Part shown: positions 9,561-17,672 of the stretch, piece after piece
Position numbering within the stretch: the first letter of the stretch is position 1
Layout of the letters: each line of letters starts with the position of its first letter
Source of the DNA: Gammaproteobacteria bacterium
GTDB lineage: Bacteria > Pseudomonadota > Gammaproteobacteria > Steroidobacterales > Rariloculaceae
Reading direction: 5' to 3'
NCBI GenBank assembly: GCA_041623375.1
Contig: JBFJXA010000001.1
Location: forward strand, 1-56,286
Length of the DNA: 56,286 bases
Notes under the pieces: generated by a model
The model's database searches: none
What the model was told of the DNA's origin: nothing
What the model saw: the letters and a program-made list of their open reading frames with translations, nothing else
Made by a program: the position numbers and the translations under genes

Positions 9561-9925
9561 CGTTGGACAAGATATTTTTGCGCGAGCTCGAGATCGAAGC
9601 GGTCATTGGAATTTGGGAGTGGGAGCGCCGCGTCACCCAGAAGGTCAGCATCGATCTGGAGATGGCCGCCGATGCACGCGCCGCCTCGAGCGCCGATCGA
9701 ATCGAAGACACGCTCAACTACCGTGATGTCGCCAAGCGGCTCATAGAGTTCGTCGGTAGCTCACAGTTCGAGCTCGTGGAGTCGCTGGCCGAGGCGGTCG
9801 CGCGCGTGATCATCAAAGAGTTCAACGTGCCGTGGGCCCGCGTCTCCATCGCCAAGCCCGGTGCGATCGAAGGCTCGCGTACCGTCGGCATCACGATCGA
9901 GCGCACGACCGAGGATTTTGCTTGA
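9557..9925 (+). CDS. folB: Dihydroneopterin aldolase
   Basis: The internal ATG at 9557 overlaps the tsaD stop (ATGA). [36 protein letters not shown]....DTLNYRDV......F......FELVESLAE.VA matches the FolB family pattern. Confidence 0.9.
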   Translation: MTLDKIFLRELEIEAVIGIWEWERRVTQKVSIDLEMAADARAASSADRIEDTLNYRDVAKRLIEFVGSSQFELVESLAEAVARVIIKEFNVPWARVSIAKPGAIEGSRTVGITIERTTEDFA

Positions 9926-11277
9926 GTACTAAGGCGTGTTTTTTCCTGCTCGGCTTGCTGGGCGTTCTTGCCGGATGCAGCAATAACGGTTCGGGGCAGG
10001 CCGACCCGGCCGTCACCTGCAACGTGGCGCAGCAGAAGCAGGCTGTCGTCAACCTCATGAAGGACTGGTACCTGTTCAACGATGAGCTCGAGCAGCAACA
10101 AGCCTACGCGAATCTCGATCTGGCCGAGTTTGCGACACCCGAAGCGGTCCTGGCCTCATTGCTCTATCGGCCGAATCGCTTTGACCGAAATTTCAGCTTC
10201 ATCACGACGCCGCAGGCGGATCAGCAGTTTTTCGGCGAAGGCCAGCTCGTGGGCTTCGGCTTCGGCTCGAAGTTCGCCGATGCGCCGATGAACGCCGATC
10301 TGCGCTTTACCCAGATCATCACAGGATCACCGGCCGAGGCAGCGGGCCTCGCGCGCGGACAACGGCTATTGACGATCGATGGCCGAACGATCGCCGAGAT
10401 CGTTCAGGCCGAGGGTCTGAGCGCCGCGCTCGGACCCAGCGATGTCGGGGTCGTTCGCAGCTTTCGCGTGCGCCGTGTGGACGGCAGCGAGTTCGATGTC
10501 GACGTCGCCAAAGCGCTCGTGACGCTCGATCCCCTGCCGCAGGCGACGACACTGACCGTCGGGACAACGAGCGTGGGATATCTCGATTTTCGGACGTTCA
10601 TCTCGACGGCGGACGCGGCGCTTCGGCAAGCGTTCGCGCAGTTCGAGGCGGCCGGCGTCACCGCGCTCGTCGTGGACGTGCGTTACAACGGCGGTGGTCT
10701 CGTGTCGACTGCGCGACTGCTCGCGGATCTCATCGGCGGGTTTATCGCCGACGGACAGGTGCAGGCACAGACGCTGCACAACAGCGCCAAGCGCGGATTC
10801 GATCAGACGACGGTATTCGAGATGCAGCCGAGCTCGCTGACGCTGCTGAGCCAGGTCGTCTTCATTACGACGGATAGCTCGGCCTCGGCCAGCGAGCTCG
10901 TCATCAACGCGCTCGAGCCGCATTCGGTGGTCGGGCTCGTTGGTGCCGCGACGTTCGGCAAGCCCGTTGGCCAGGACGCATTGAGCTACTGCGGCGGCCA
11001 GTTTCTGCTCCGGCCCGTAACGTTCGAGACAGTCAACTCACTCGGCGCAGGCCAGTACTACGACGGTCTGCCCATAGACTGCCCTGCGATCGACGAGCTC
11101 GCGCGCGACATCGGTGACCCGCTCGAAGCGTCGTTGGCCGGCGCGCTCGGCCTCGTCGAGAACGGTAGCTGCCCTGTCAGTGGGCTGACGTCCAAACCCG
11201 CCGCATACGCCGAGCTGACCGATGCGCCGCTCGGCGTTCCCGCAAGCCCCGGCTTGCGTTACGCGGGCATTCACTAG
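9922..11277 (+). CDS. S41-family peptidase lipoprotein with a PDZ domain
   Basis: TTG 9922 overlaps the folB stop and yields (M)STKACFFLLGLLGVLAGC with a lipobox (LAGC). It has a PDZ-like GSPAEAAGLARGQRLLTIDG. S41 core motifs are VDVRYNGGGLV and TDSSSASASELVINAL. Confidence 0.75.
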   Translation: MSTKACFFLLGLLGVLAGCSNNGSGQADPAVTCNVAQQKQAVVNLMKDWYLFNDELEQQQAYANLDLAEFATPEAVLASLLYRPNRFDRNFSFITTPQADQQFFGEGQLVGFGFGSKFADAPMNADLRFTQIITGSPAEAAGLARGQRLLTIDGRTIAEIVQAEGLSAALGPSDVGVVRSFRVRRVDGSEFDVDVAKALVTLDPLPQATTLTVGTTSVGYLDFRTFISTADAALRQAFAQFEAAGVTALVVDVRYNGGGLVSTARLLADLIGGFIADGQVQAQTLHNSAKRGFDQTTVFEMQPSSLTLLSQVVFITTDSSASASELVINALEPHSVVGLVGAATFGKPVGQDALSYCGGQFLLRPVTFETVNSLGAGQYYDGLPIDCPAIDELARDIGDPLEASLAGALGLVENGSCPVSGLTSKPAAYAELTDAPLGVPASPGLRYAGIH

Positions 11278-11297
11278 CGTCGAATCGTCGGGCTCGA

Positions 11298-12050
11298 CTA
11301 CCAGCCGACGCTGCGCCCGCCGTCGACAGCCAGGATCTGACCGGTCACGTAAGGCGCATCGCGCACGAGAAAGACGACAGCCGCGGCGATGTCCTGTGGC
11401 TCGCCCGGGCGCTTGAGCGCAATTTCACGAATGATGTTCTGCTGAATACGCTCGGACATGCCGGATTCGGGCCAGAGTATCGCGCCCGGTGCGATCCCGT
11501 TGACCCTGACATCCGGACCGAGATCTTTCGCGAGCGAGCGCGTCAGCATCGCGAGACCCGCCTTGGCGATACCGTACAGCGGATGATTCTTCAGCGGCCG
11601 TTGCGCGTGCACGTCGACGATGTTGATGATGACGCCGCGTGCCTCGGTGAGCTGCGGTAGTGCCGCCTGACACAAAAACAACGGCGCTTTGAGATTGCTG
11701 CCGATGAGCTCGTCCCACTGTGCCTCGGTAATCGAGGCCAGCGGCGTCGGGTAAAAGCTCGAGGCATTATTGACGAGCACGTCGAGCCTGCCCGTTCTCG
11801 TGAGTACAGCCTCCATGAGCGGCGCAACTGCGCCGGAATTCCTGAGATCTGCCTGCACGGCGAACGCCGAGTCGGGTCTGATGCCCTCGAGCTCGGTCAC
11901 GAGCGCCTCGGCCTCGTCCGCAGAGCTCATGTAATGGATCGCGACGTTGGCGCCGGCTTCGTGCAGGCCGCGCGCAATGGCCGCACCGATTCGTTTCGCT
12001 GCGCCCGTGACCAGGGCCCATTGGCCGGATAGGTCCTTGTCGGTCGTCAC
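11298..12050 (-). CDS. Short-chain dehydrogenase/reductase, pteridine reductase (FolM/PTR1)-like
   Basis: Rossmann motif ALVTGAAKRIGAAIA, NNAS, and catalytic Y....K (YGIAKAGL). The start is set at GTG 12050, preceded by GGAG 5 nt upstream. The ORF-track N-terminal extension is Gly/Ala/Ser-rich and overlaps the divergent neighbour. Confidence 0.75.
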   Translation of the reverse strand: MTTDKDLSGQWALVTGAAKRIGAAIARGLHEAGANVAIHYMSSADEAEALVTELEGIRPDSAFAVQADLRNSGAVAPLMEAVLTRTGRLDVLVNNASSFYPTPLASITEAQWDELIGSNLKAPLFLCQAALPQLTEARGVIINIVDVHAQRPLKNHPLYGIAKAGLAMLTRSLAKDLGPDVRVNGIAPGAILWPESGMSERIQQNIIREIALKRPGEPQDIAAAVVFLVRDAPYVTGQILAVDGGRSVGW

Positions 12051-12126
12051 GCTGGCTCCACACGGGTTCGGGGGGCGTAAGGGTACACTATCCGCCCCGT
12101 CGATCTGCGCTGCCGACTCTACGCCC

Positions 12127-13272
12127 ATGCCCGAGATCTTGCCGCCGCCCGACCCGCAAGCTGCGAGCACGAGCGAGCGACTGACGGCGCTCATTCGCGC
12201 CGAGATTGCCGCCAACGGCGGCTGGCTCGACTTCGAGCGTTATATGGAGCTGGCGCTCTACGCGCCCGGATTGGGTTACTACAGCGCCGGCAGCGCCAAG
12301 CTCGGGCCACACGGCGATTTCGTAACTGCACCGGAGCTCTCGGCGATCTTCGGCCAAGTCGTCGCCGCGCAACTTCGCAGCTTGCTCGCCGACCTGGTCT
12401 CGCCTGTGATCCTCGAGCTCGGCGCCGGGACCGGCAGTCTGGCAAAAGCCGTGCTCGACAGCTTCGCAGCGGACGGCGGGCCGCTGCCGCAGTACTGGAT
12501 CCTCGAGCTCAGCGCCGATCTCAGGGAACGCCAGCGGGAAAAGCTGGCTGCGTACGAAGGCAACGTTCGTTGGCTGGATGCGCTTCCGGACACCGCATTC
12601 GAGGGCGTAATTCTGGGCAACGAGGTCGTCGATGCGCTGCCCGTCGCGGCGTTCGTCAAGCGCGAGACGCGGGTGATGCCGCTCGGCGTCGTCGTCAGAG
12701 ACAAGCGACTCGAGTGGGCTGACGGTCCGGCAGACGATGCGCTCAGCGCAGCGGTCACCGCGGTCGAAGAAAAGCTCGCTTACTCGTTGCGGCCCGGTTA
12801 TCGATCGGAGATCGCGCTGCGCCTGCCGGCGTGGCTCGCGGCGCTCGTTGCATCGCTGCGGCGTGGTGCCGTTCTTTTGATCGATTACGGGCTCGTCAGG
12901 CGCGAGTACTATCACGCCTCGCGCTCGCGGGGGACACTCGTGTGCCACTACCGCCATCGCTCCCACGACGATCCGTTTTTCTATCCGGGGTTGCAGGACA
13001 TCAGCGCGTGGGTCGATTTCAGCGCGTGCGCCGATGCAGCCGATGCGGCCGGGCTCAGTGTGGCTGCGTTCACGACTCAAGCGCAGTTTCTCATGCACGG
13101 CGGTGCGCTGGAGATGCTCGGCAGCGTTTCAGGAAACGAGGCCTTACGCCAGGGCCAGGCAATCAAAACCCTGATGCTCCCGGGCGAGATGGGCGAACGC
13201 TTCAAGGTACTGCTCGCAACGCGCGGCATCGAGGCGACGCTGCCGGGACGCGATCTGCGCGATCGCCTCTAG
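12127..13272 (+). CDS. Class I SAM-dependent methyltransferase, DUF185 (MidA/NDUFAF7-like)
   Basis: Internal ATG 12127. F..YMELALY.PGLGYYS.G..K.G..GDF.TAPE.S..FG...A followed by ELGAGTG.LA are hallmarks of the family. Confidence 0.8.
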   Translation: MPEILPPPDPQAASTSERLTALIRAEIAANGGWLDFERYMELALYAPGLGYYSAGSAKLGPHGDFVTAPELSAIFGQVVAAQLRSLLADLVSPVILELGAGTGSLAKAVLDSFAADGGPLPQYWILELSADLRERQREKLAAYEGNVRWLDALPDTAFEGVILGNEVVDALPVAAFVKRETRVMPLGVVVRDKRLEWADGPADDALSAAVTAVEEKLAYSLRPGYRSEIALRLPAWLAALVASLRRGAVLLIDYGLVRREYYHASRSRGTLVCHYRHRSHDDPFFYPGLQDISAWVDFSACADAADAAGLSVAAFTTQAQFLMHGGALEMLGSVSGNEALRQGQAIKTLMLPGEMGERFKVLLATRGIEATLPGRDLRDRL

Positions 13273-13354
13273 GCCCGGCCCTGCGTGGTCATACAGTTCC
13301 TTCTCTGGCGTTCGTGGCCGCGCTTTGGCCCTGTCGGGTGAGTTCCCGGAAAAA

Positions 13355-13375
13355 GGGGTCAGACCCCAATTGATC
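13355..13375 (+). repeat. REP-like motif, copy 1: GGGGTCAGACCCCAATTGATC
   Basis: The exact 16-nt core GGGGTCAGACCCCAAT is shared with 17651-17666, and in reverse complement with 13420-13436. The core GGGGTC-A-GACCCC is itself palindromic. Confidence 0.85.
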
Positions 13376-13419
13376 CGGCTGAAACCTAGGGTACAGCTGG
13401 CGTATCGGAATAATCGAGT

Positions 13420-13436
13420 AATTGGGGTCTGACCCC
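13420..13436 (-). repeat. REP-like motif, copy 2, inverted orientation (AATTGGGGTCTGACCCC)
   Basis: It is the reverse complement of GGGGTCAGACCCCAATT. It forms an inverted pair with copy 1, with a 44-nt spacer, in the methyltransferase/uppP intergenic region. Confidence 0.85.
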
Positions 13437-13506
13437 AGCAGTCTCGCCGCCGCGCGTCGGCGTAGCTGCTAACATCCGCGCCAAGCCACGCTGCCGAGGA
13501 GACGCA

Positions 13507-14289
13507 GTGGAACTCGTTCATGTCGTCGTGCTCGCGGTGATGCAGGGTATCGTCGAGTTCCTGCCGATCTCGAGCTCCGGTCACCTGATTCTCGTCCCGG
13601 CGCTGCTCGGCTGGCCGGACCAGGGGCTCGCGTTCGACGTAGCCGTACACCTTGGCACGCTGAGCGCCGTCGTCATCTATTTCCGCCGAGAGCTCCTGAG
13701 CCTCGCGCGCGCGGCGTTCGATGCGCGCGCGAAGGATTTCGAGCTGGCCTGGTCGCTCGTGCTGGCAACGCTTCCGCTCGGGATCGCGGGTCTGGCTCTC
13801 GCCGATATCGTCGACGGCGTTTTGCGCTCGCCTGCTGTCATCGCCGCGGCGACAGCCGGATTCGGCGTGCTGTTGTGGCTCGCTGACGCATTCGCCCGCG
13901 GTACGCGGAATGAGCACGAGCTCGGCATGCGCCGCGCCTTGCTCATCGGGCTCGGTCAGGTGCTTGCCCTAGTGCCCGGCACGTCGCGATCGGGAATAAC
14001 GATGACGGTCGGGCTCGCCCTCGGCTTGAGCCGCGCGGCGGCCGCGAGGTTTTCTTTCCTGTTGGCCGTCCCTGCGATCGGCATGGCCGCGACCTGGGAG
14101 ACCTATCAGCTCGTCTCGACGCCGGCGCCCGTCGCATGGGGCACGCTCGCGCTCGGGGCGCTGCTGTCGGCCGCGACGGCGTTCGCGGCAATCGCAGCCT
14201 TTCTGCGGTTCATCGAGCGCGTCGGCATGTGGGGCTTTGCCGTCTACCGACTCGCGCTCGCAGCCGTCATCATCATCGTGATGTACTGA
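13507..14289 (+). CDS. uppP: Undecaprenyl-diphosphate phosphatase
   Basis: GTG start. (M)ELVHVVVLAVMQGIVEFLPISSSGHL and PGTSRSGITMT are the two BacA/UppP signature motifs. It is a polytopic membrane protein. Confidence 0.92.
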   Translation: MELVHVVVLAVMQGIVEFLPISSSGHLILVPALLGWPDQGLAFDVAVHLGTLSAVVIYFRRELLSLARAAFDARAKDFELAWSLVLATLPLGIAGLALADIVDGVLRSPAVIAAATAGFGVLLWLADAFARGTRNEHELGMRRALLIGLGQVLALVPGTSRSGITMTVGLALGLSRAAAARFSFLLAVPAIGMAATWETYQLVSTPAPVAWGTLALGALLSAATAFAAIAAFLRFIERVGMWGFAVYRLALAAVIIIVMY

Positions 14290-15496
14290 GCGCCGTCTCG
14301 ATCGCGGCGAGGCGCCGTTCGCGCAGTCGTTTACCGATGGCCGCACCCTCGATCTGTCCTGCGAGATCGGCGACGTCGACCTCCGCAGCCGAGCGCAGCG
14401 CCAGAAGCAACCGCTGGCGTTGTGGATACGCGGATTCCTCGAGCCCCTTTCGCCCACGCGCATCGGCCTCGCAGGCCAGCAGCATGTCGGCGAACCGCTC
14501 CGGGCGGCGAAAGCCGTCGGTTGCCTCGATGATCTTCAACACGGTGGCGGGCTTGAGCTCATCGGCGCGGTGAATCACGCCGTGGTAGCGTGCCACGGCT
14601 TCGGCCAGCTCGCGATAGCGTCGCGGCACGGGCAGTCGCGCGCAGAGCTCGCCGATGGCCTCGACAGAACGTTCCTCGTGGCCGCGGTGTCGCGGCAGAA
14701 TTTCCGCAGGGGTTCGCGCCTTGCCGAGGTCGTGCACGAGAGCGGCGAATCGAACTGCGCTGTCGTCGGACAGCCGTGCGGCAACCTCGAGCACCATGAG
14801 CGTATGCACCCCCGTATCGATCTCGGGGTGCCACCGTGGTGGTTGTGGCACGCCGAACAGTGCATCGATTTCCGGATACACGTGTTCGAGCGCACCGCAG
14901 TCTCGTAGCGTAGAGAAGAACCTTTCGGGCGAGGGCGTATTGAGCGCCTTGTCGGTCTCCTGCCACGTGCGTTCCGGACGAAGGGCCGCGAGCTCGCCCG
15001 ACTCGGCGATCTCACGCATGAGATCGAGCGTCTCGGCCGCGACCATGAAGCCGAGCGCGGCGAAGCGCGCATGAAATCTCGCAACGCGCAGCACCCGCAG
15101 CGGATCCTCGACGAACGCAGGCGAGACGTGCCGCAGCACGCGGTCGGCCAGATCGCGCTGGCCACCGAAAGGGTCGATGATGTTGCCCTCGGCACCGCGG
15201 GCCATCGCATTGATCGTCAGGTCGCGACGGTGCAAATCCTCCTCGAGCGTGACATCGGGAGATGCGTGCACCGTAAACCCGTGATAACCCGGCGCGACCT
15301 TCTTCTCGGAGCGCGCGAGCGCGTATTCCTCTGCGGTCTCGGGATGCAGAAACACGGGGAAGTCCTTGCCGACTTGCTTGAAGCCTTGCTTCAGCAGCTC
15401 CTGTGGCGTGCCGCCGACGACGACCCAGTCACGCTCGCCGACGGCATGACCGAGCAGCGCGTCGCGGACCGCGCCGCCAACCTCGAAGATCTCCAT
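14273..15496 (-). CDS. cca: Multifunctional CCA-adding enzyme (tRNA nucleotidyltransferase with an HD phosphohydrolase domain)
   Basis: Internal ATG 15496 gives MEIFEVGGAVRDALLG...DWVVVG. Also present are RRDLTINAMA and the HD motif LVHDLGK. The 3' end overlaps the uppP stop convergently by 17 nt. Confidence 0.9.
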   Translation of the reverse strand: MEIFEVGGAVRDALLGHAVGERDWVVVGGTPQELLKQGFKQVGKDFPVFLHPETAEEYALARSEKKVAPGYHGFTVHASPDVTLEEDLHRRDLTINAMARGAEGNIIDPFGGQRDLADRVLRHVSPAFVEDPLRVLRVARFHARFAALGFMVAAETLDLMREIAESGELAALRPERTWQETDKALNTPSPERFFSTLRDCGALEHVYPEIDALFGVPQPPRWHPEIDTGVHTLMVLEVAARLSDDSAVRFAALVHDLGKARTPAEILPRHRGHEERSVEAIGELCARLPVPRRYRELAEAVARYHGVIHRADELKPATVLKIIEATDGFRRPERFADMLLACEADARGRKGLEESAYPQRQRLLLALRSAAEVDVADLAGQIEGAAIGKRLRERRLAAIETALSTSR

Positions 15497-15548
15497 CGCG
15501 GCATCATACCCGAGCGCCTCGAGAGACTGCCGTGCTAAGGTTCGGCGC

Positions 15549-16622
15549 ATGCTCGTGCTCGCCCGTTGGAGCCTTCTCGTCACTGCACTCGCAATGCTTT
15601 CGGGATGCGCGTTGCCGTATTACTGGCAAGCCGCGAGCGGCCACCTGGATCTCCTGCGCAAGCGAACGCCGATCGACGCGGTGCTCGAAGACCCAACGCA
15701 GCCACCGGACGTCAAGCAGGCGTTGCGGCGCGTCGCCGACATGCGTGCATTCGCCGTCGATCGGCTCGGCCTGCCGGACAATCGAAGCTATCGGACCTAC
15801 GTCGACTTGAAGCGGCCGTACGTCGTCTGGAACGTCGTTGCAGCGGACGAGTTCGCCGTCGATCCGATGCAATGGTGCTTTCCTGTGCTCGGGTGTGTGA
15901 GCTACCGCGGTTACTTCTCACGCGAGGCGGCCGAGCAATTCGCCGCGACGTTGCGCGAACGCGGGATGGACACTTACGTCGCCGGCGCGACGGCCTACTC
16001 GACGCTCGGGTATTTCGCCGATCCCGTGCTCAATACGATGCTCGCCGGCGGCGAGCATTACGTGGCCGGCATCCTGTTTCACGAGCTCGCTCACCAGAAG
16101 TTCTATCTCAGAGGCGACAGCGATCTCAACGAGTCGTTTGCGACCGCCGTGCAGCAACATGGCACCGCGGAGTGGCTCGCAGCGCGCAGCTCGGCACAGG
16201 CCGTCATGGCCTACCACAGTCGACTGCAACGCCAGGCGGACTTCACGGCGCTCGTCGCCGCGCAGCGCGCGCGCCTACAGGCAATCTACGCGGCGGATTC
16301 GTCGGCCGAGGCCCGGCGCGCTGCCAAGCAGGCCGCGTTCAGTCGCATGCGCGAGGAGTACGCGCAGATGAAGCAGAGCTGGGGCGGCGTCACGGACTAC
16401 GACAACTGGTTCGCCGGGCCATTGAACAATGCCCAGCTCGCCGCGGCTGTGACGTATCGGCGCTGGTTACCGGGCTTGAGCTGGTACATCGATCGGCACG
16501 GCCTCGCGACGCTCTACGAGCAGATGGAAGAGATCGAGGACATGCCCACGGCAGCGCGAGACGCGCTGCTGCAGTCGTGGCTCGAGGCTGCGCAGGCGAC
16601 CCCGAGCGTCGTGCGCCGCTAA
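15549..16622 (+). CDS. Predicted zinc aminopeptidase lipoprotein (COG4324-like)
   Basis: The signal/lipobox is LLVTALAMLSGC. The zinc motif is HELAHQ. The overall pattern (YWQAASGHLDLL..R.PI, SYRGYF, TLGYFADPV) matches what I recall for the 'putative aminopeptidase' family. The function call is moderate. Confidence 0.65.
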   Translation: MLVLARWSLLVTALAMLSGCALPYYWQAASGHLDLLRKRTPIDAVLEDPTQPPDVKQALRRVADMRAFAVDRLGLPDNRSYRTYVDLKRPYVVWNVVAADEFAVDPMQWCFPVLGCVSYRGYFSREAAEQFAATLRERGMDTYVAGATAYSTLGYFADPVLNTMLAGGEHYVAGILFHELAHQKFYLRGDSDLNESFATAVQQHGTAEWLAARSSAQAVMAYHSRLQRQADFTALVAAQRARLQAIYAADSSAEARRAAKQAAFSRMREEYAQMKQSWGGVTDYDNWFAGPLNNAQLAAAVTYRRWLPGLSWYIDRHGLATLYEQMEEIEDMPTAARDALLQSWLEAAQATPSVVRR

Positions 16623-17629
16623 CGGCTGGCGCTCTGGCGATATCGCGACAGTGTGCGTTGGTCCGGATCGGGCCCGAGGTAGGTCGGCAGCAGGTCACGC
16701 ATCGACGTCGCTCGGATGCCGAGCGCTTCGAGGCCGCTCTCGGTGCATACGCTTGCGACCGTCAACGATTTGAAGTTGTCGACCGACAGCAGTCGTCCAG
16801 GAATGACGTAATCCATGAGCCAGGCCTGCACGCTGCCCAACGGGTCCGGTAGTCCAATGATGACGCGCCGCTTGCCGAGCGTATCGGCGATCTCGGCGAC
16901 GATTTCTCGCATGGTGAAAATATCCGGGCCGCAGAGCTGATAGGTCTTGCCAGTCGTCGCTGGGTCTTCGAGCGCTGCGCAGAAGGCATCGGCGACGTCG
17001 CCGACGAAAACCGGCGCGAACCGCGCGTCGGGCTTGACAAGCGGTAGCACGGGAAACAGGCGCACGAGCCCGGCAAACATGTTCGTGAACGAATCGCCCG
17101 GGCCGAAGATGACCGACGGCTGAAAGATCGTGAAGCGAATGCCTTCGCCCGCGAGGTTCTTGACGACGCGCTCGCCGTTGCCCTTGCTGCGCAGGTAATG
17201 GCTCGGCCCGTGCTCGGCATTGGCTTTGAGCGCGCTCATCTGGAGAAAGCGCTCGATGCCGTGCTCGAGACAGGCCTCGAGCGCCTTTTCGACGAGTGCG
17301 ACGTGAACCTTGTGGAACCCGCTGCCGTTTCTCGGGCGCTCGTGCAGTATGCCGACGAGATTGATTACCGTGTCGCAGCCGGCGACCAGGCGCCCGAGCA
17401 CCGCCACATCGTGAATGTCGGCGTTGGTGAGCTCAATGCCGGGGAGCACGAGCAAGTCTCGGTGACGTTCCCGGTTGCGCGTCGGAATGCGTACGCGATG
17501 GCCGCGCCGAACGAGTGCGCTCACGAGGCGCCGCCCGACAAATCCCGTGCCCCCGAGCACGCAGACCGTGCTCGGCGCTTTACGTCCAACACTCAACGCA
17601 TGAATCCCCTGATCTCGCTGCCGCGTCAA
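16619..17629 (-). CDS. NAD(P)H-binding protein, NDUFA9/complex I 39-kDa-like epimerase-dehydratase fold
   Basis: VLGGTGFVGRRLV Rossmann motif, Y...K (YLRSKGNGE), and length of about 320 aa. The exact start is uncertain. Confidence 0.72.
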   Translation of the reverse strand: MTRQRDQGIHALSVGRKAPSTVCVLGGTGFVGRRLVSALVRRGHRVRIPTRNRERHRDLLVLPGIELTNADIHDVAVLGRLVAGCDTVINLVGILHERPRNGSGFHKVHVALVEKALEACLEHGIERFLQMSALKANAEHGPSHYLRSKGNGERVVKNLAGEGIRFTIFQPSVIFGPGDSFTNMFAGLVRLFPVLPLVKPDARFAPVFVGDVADAFCAALEDPATTGKTYQLCGPDIFTMREIVAEIADTLGKRRVIIGLPDPLGSVQAWLMDYVIPGRLLSVDNFKSLTVASVCTESGLEALGIRATSMRDLLPTYLGPDPDQRTLSRYRQSASR

Positions 17630-17650
17630 TTATAACCGTGCAGATAAACC

Positions 17651-17671
17651 GGGGTCAGACCCCAATCGATC
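17651..17671 (+). repeat. REP-like motif, copy 3: GGGGTCAGACCCCAATCGATC
   Basis: It has the same core as 13355-13375. It lies immediately 3' of the degP/Q-like stop codon (17673-17675) and 5' of the NDUFA9-like gene start. Confidence 0.85.
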
Positions 17672-17672
17672 T

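Noticed and set aside
13144-13917. A 257-aa ORF on the minus strand spanning the REP-containing intergenic region and the 5' part of uppP.
   Set aside because: It is antisense to uppP, which has both BacA signature motifs, and runs through obviously non-coding repeat DNA.
15566-16852. A 428-aa alternative-frame ORF overlapping the aminopeptidase-like gene and the next gene.
   Set aside because: The translation is extremely Arg-rich. The overlapping frame at 15549-16622 has a lipoprotein signal and an HELAH zinc motif, and is the coherent one.
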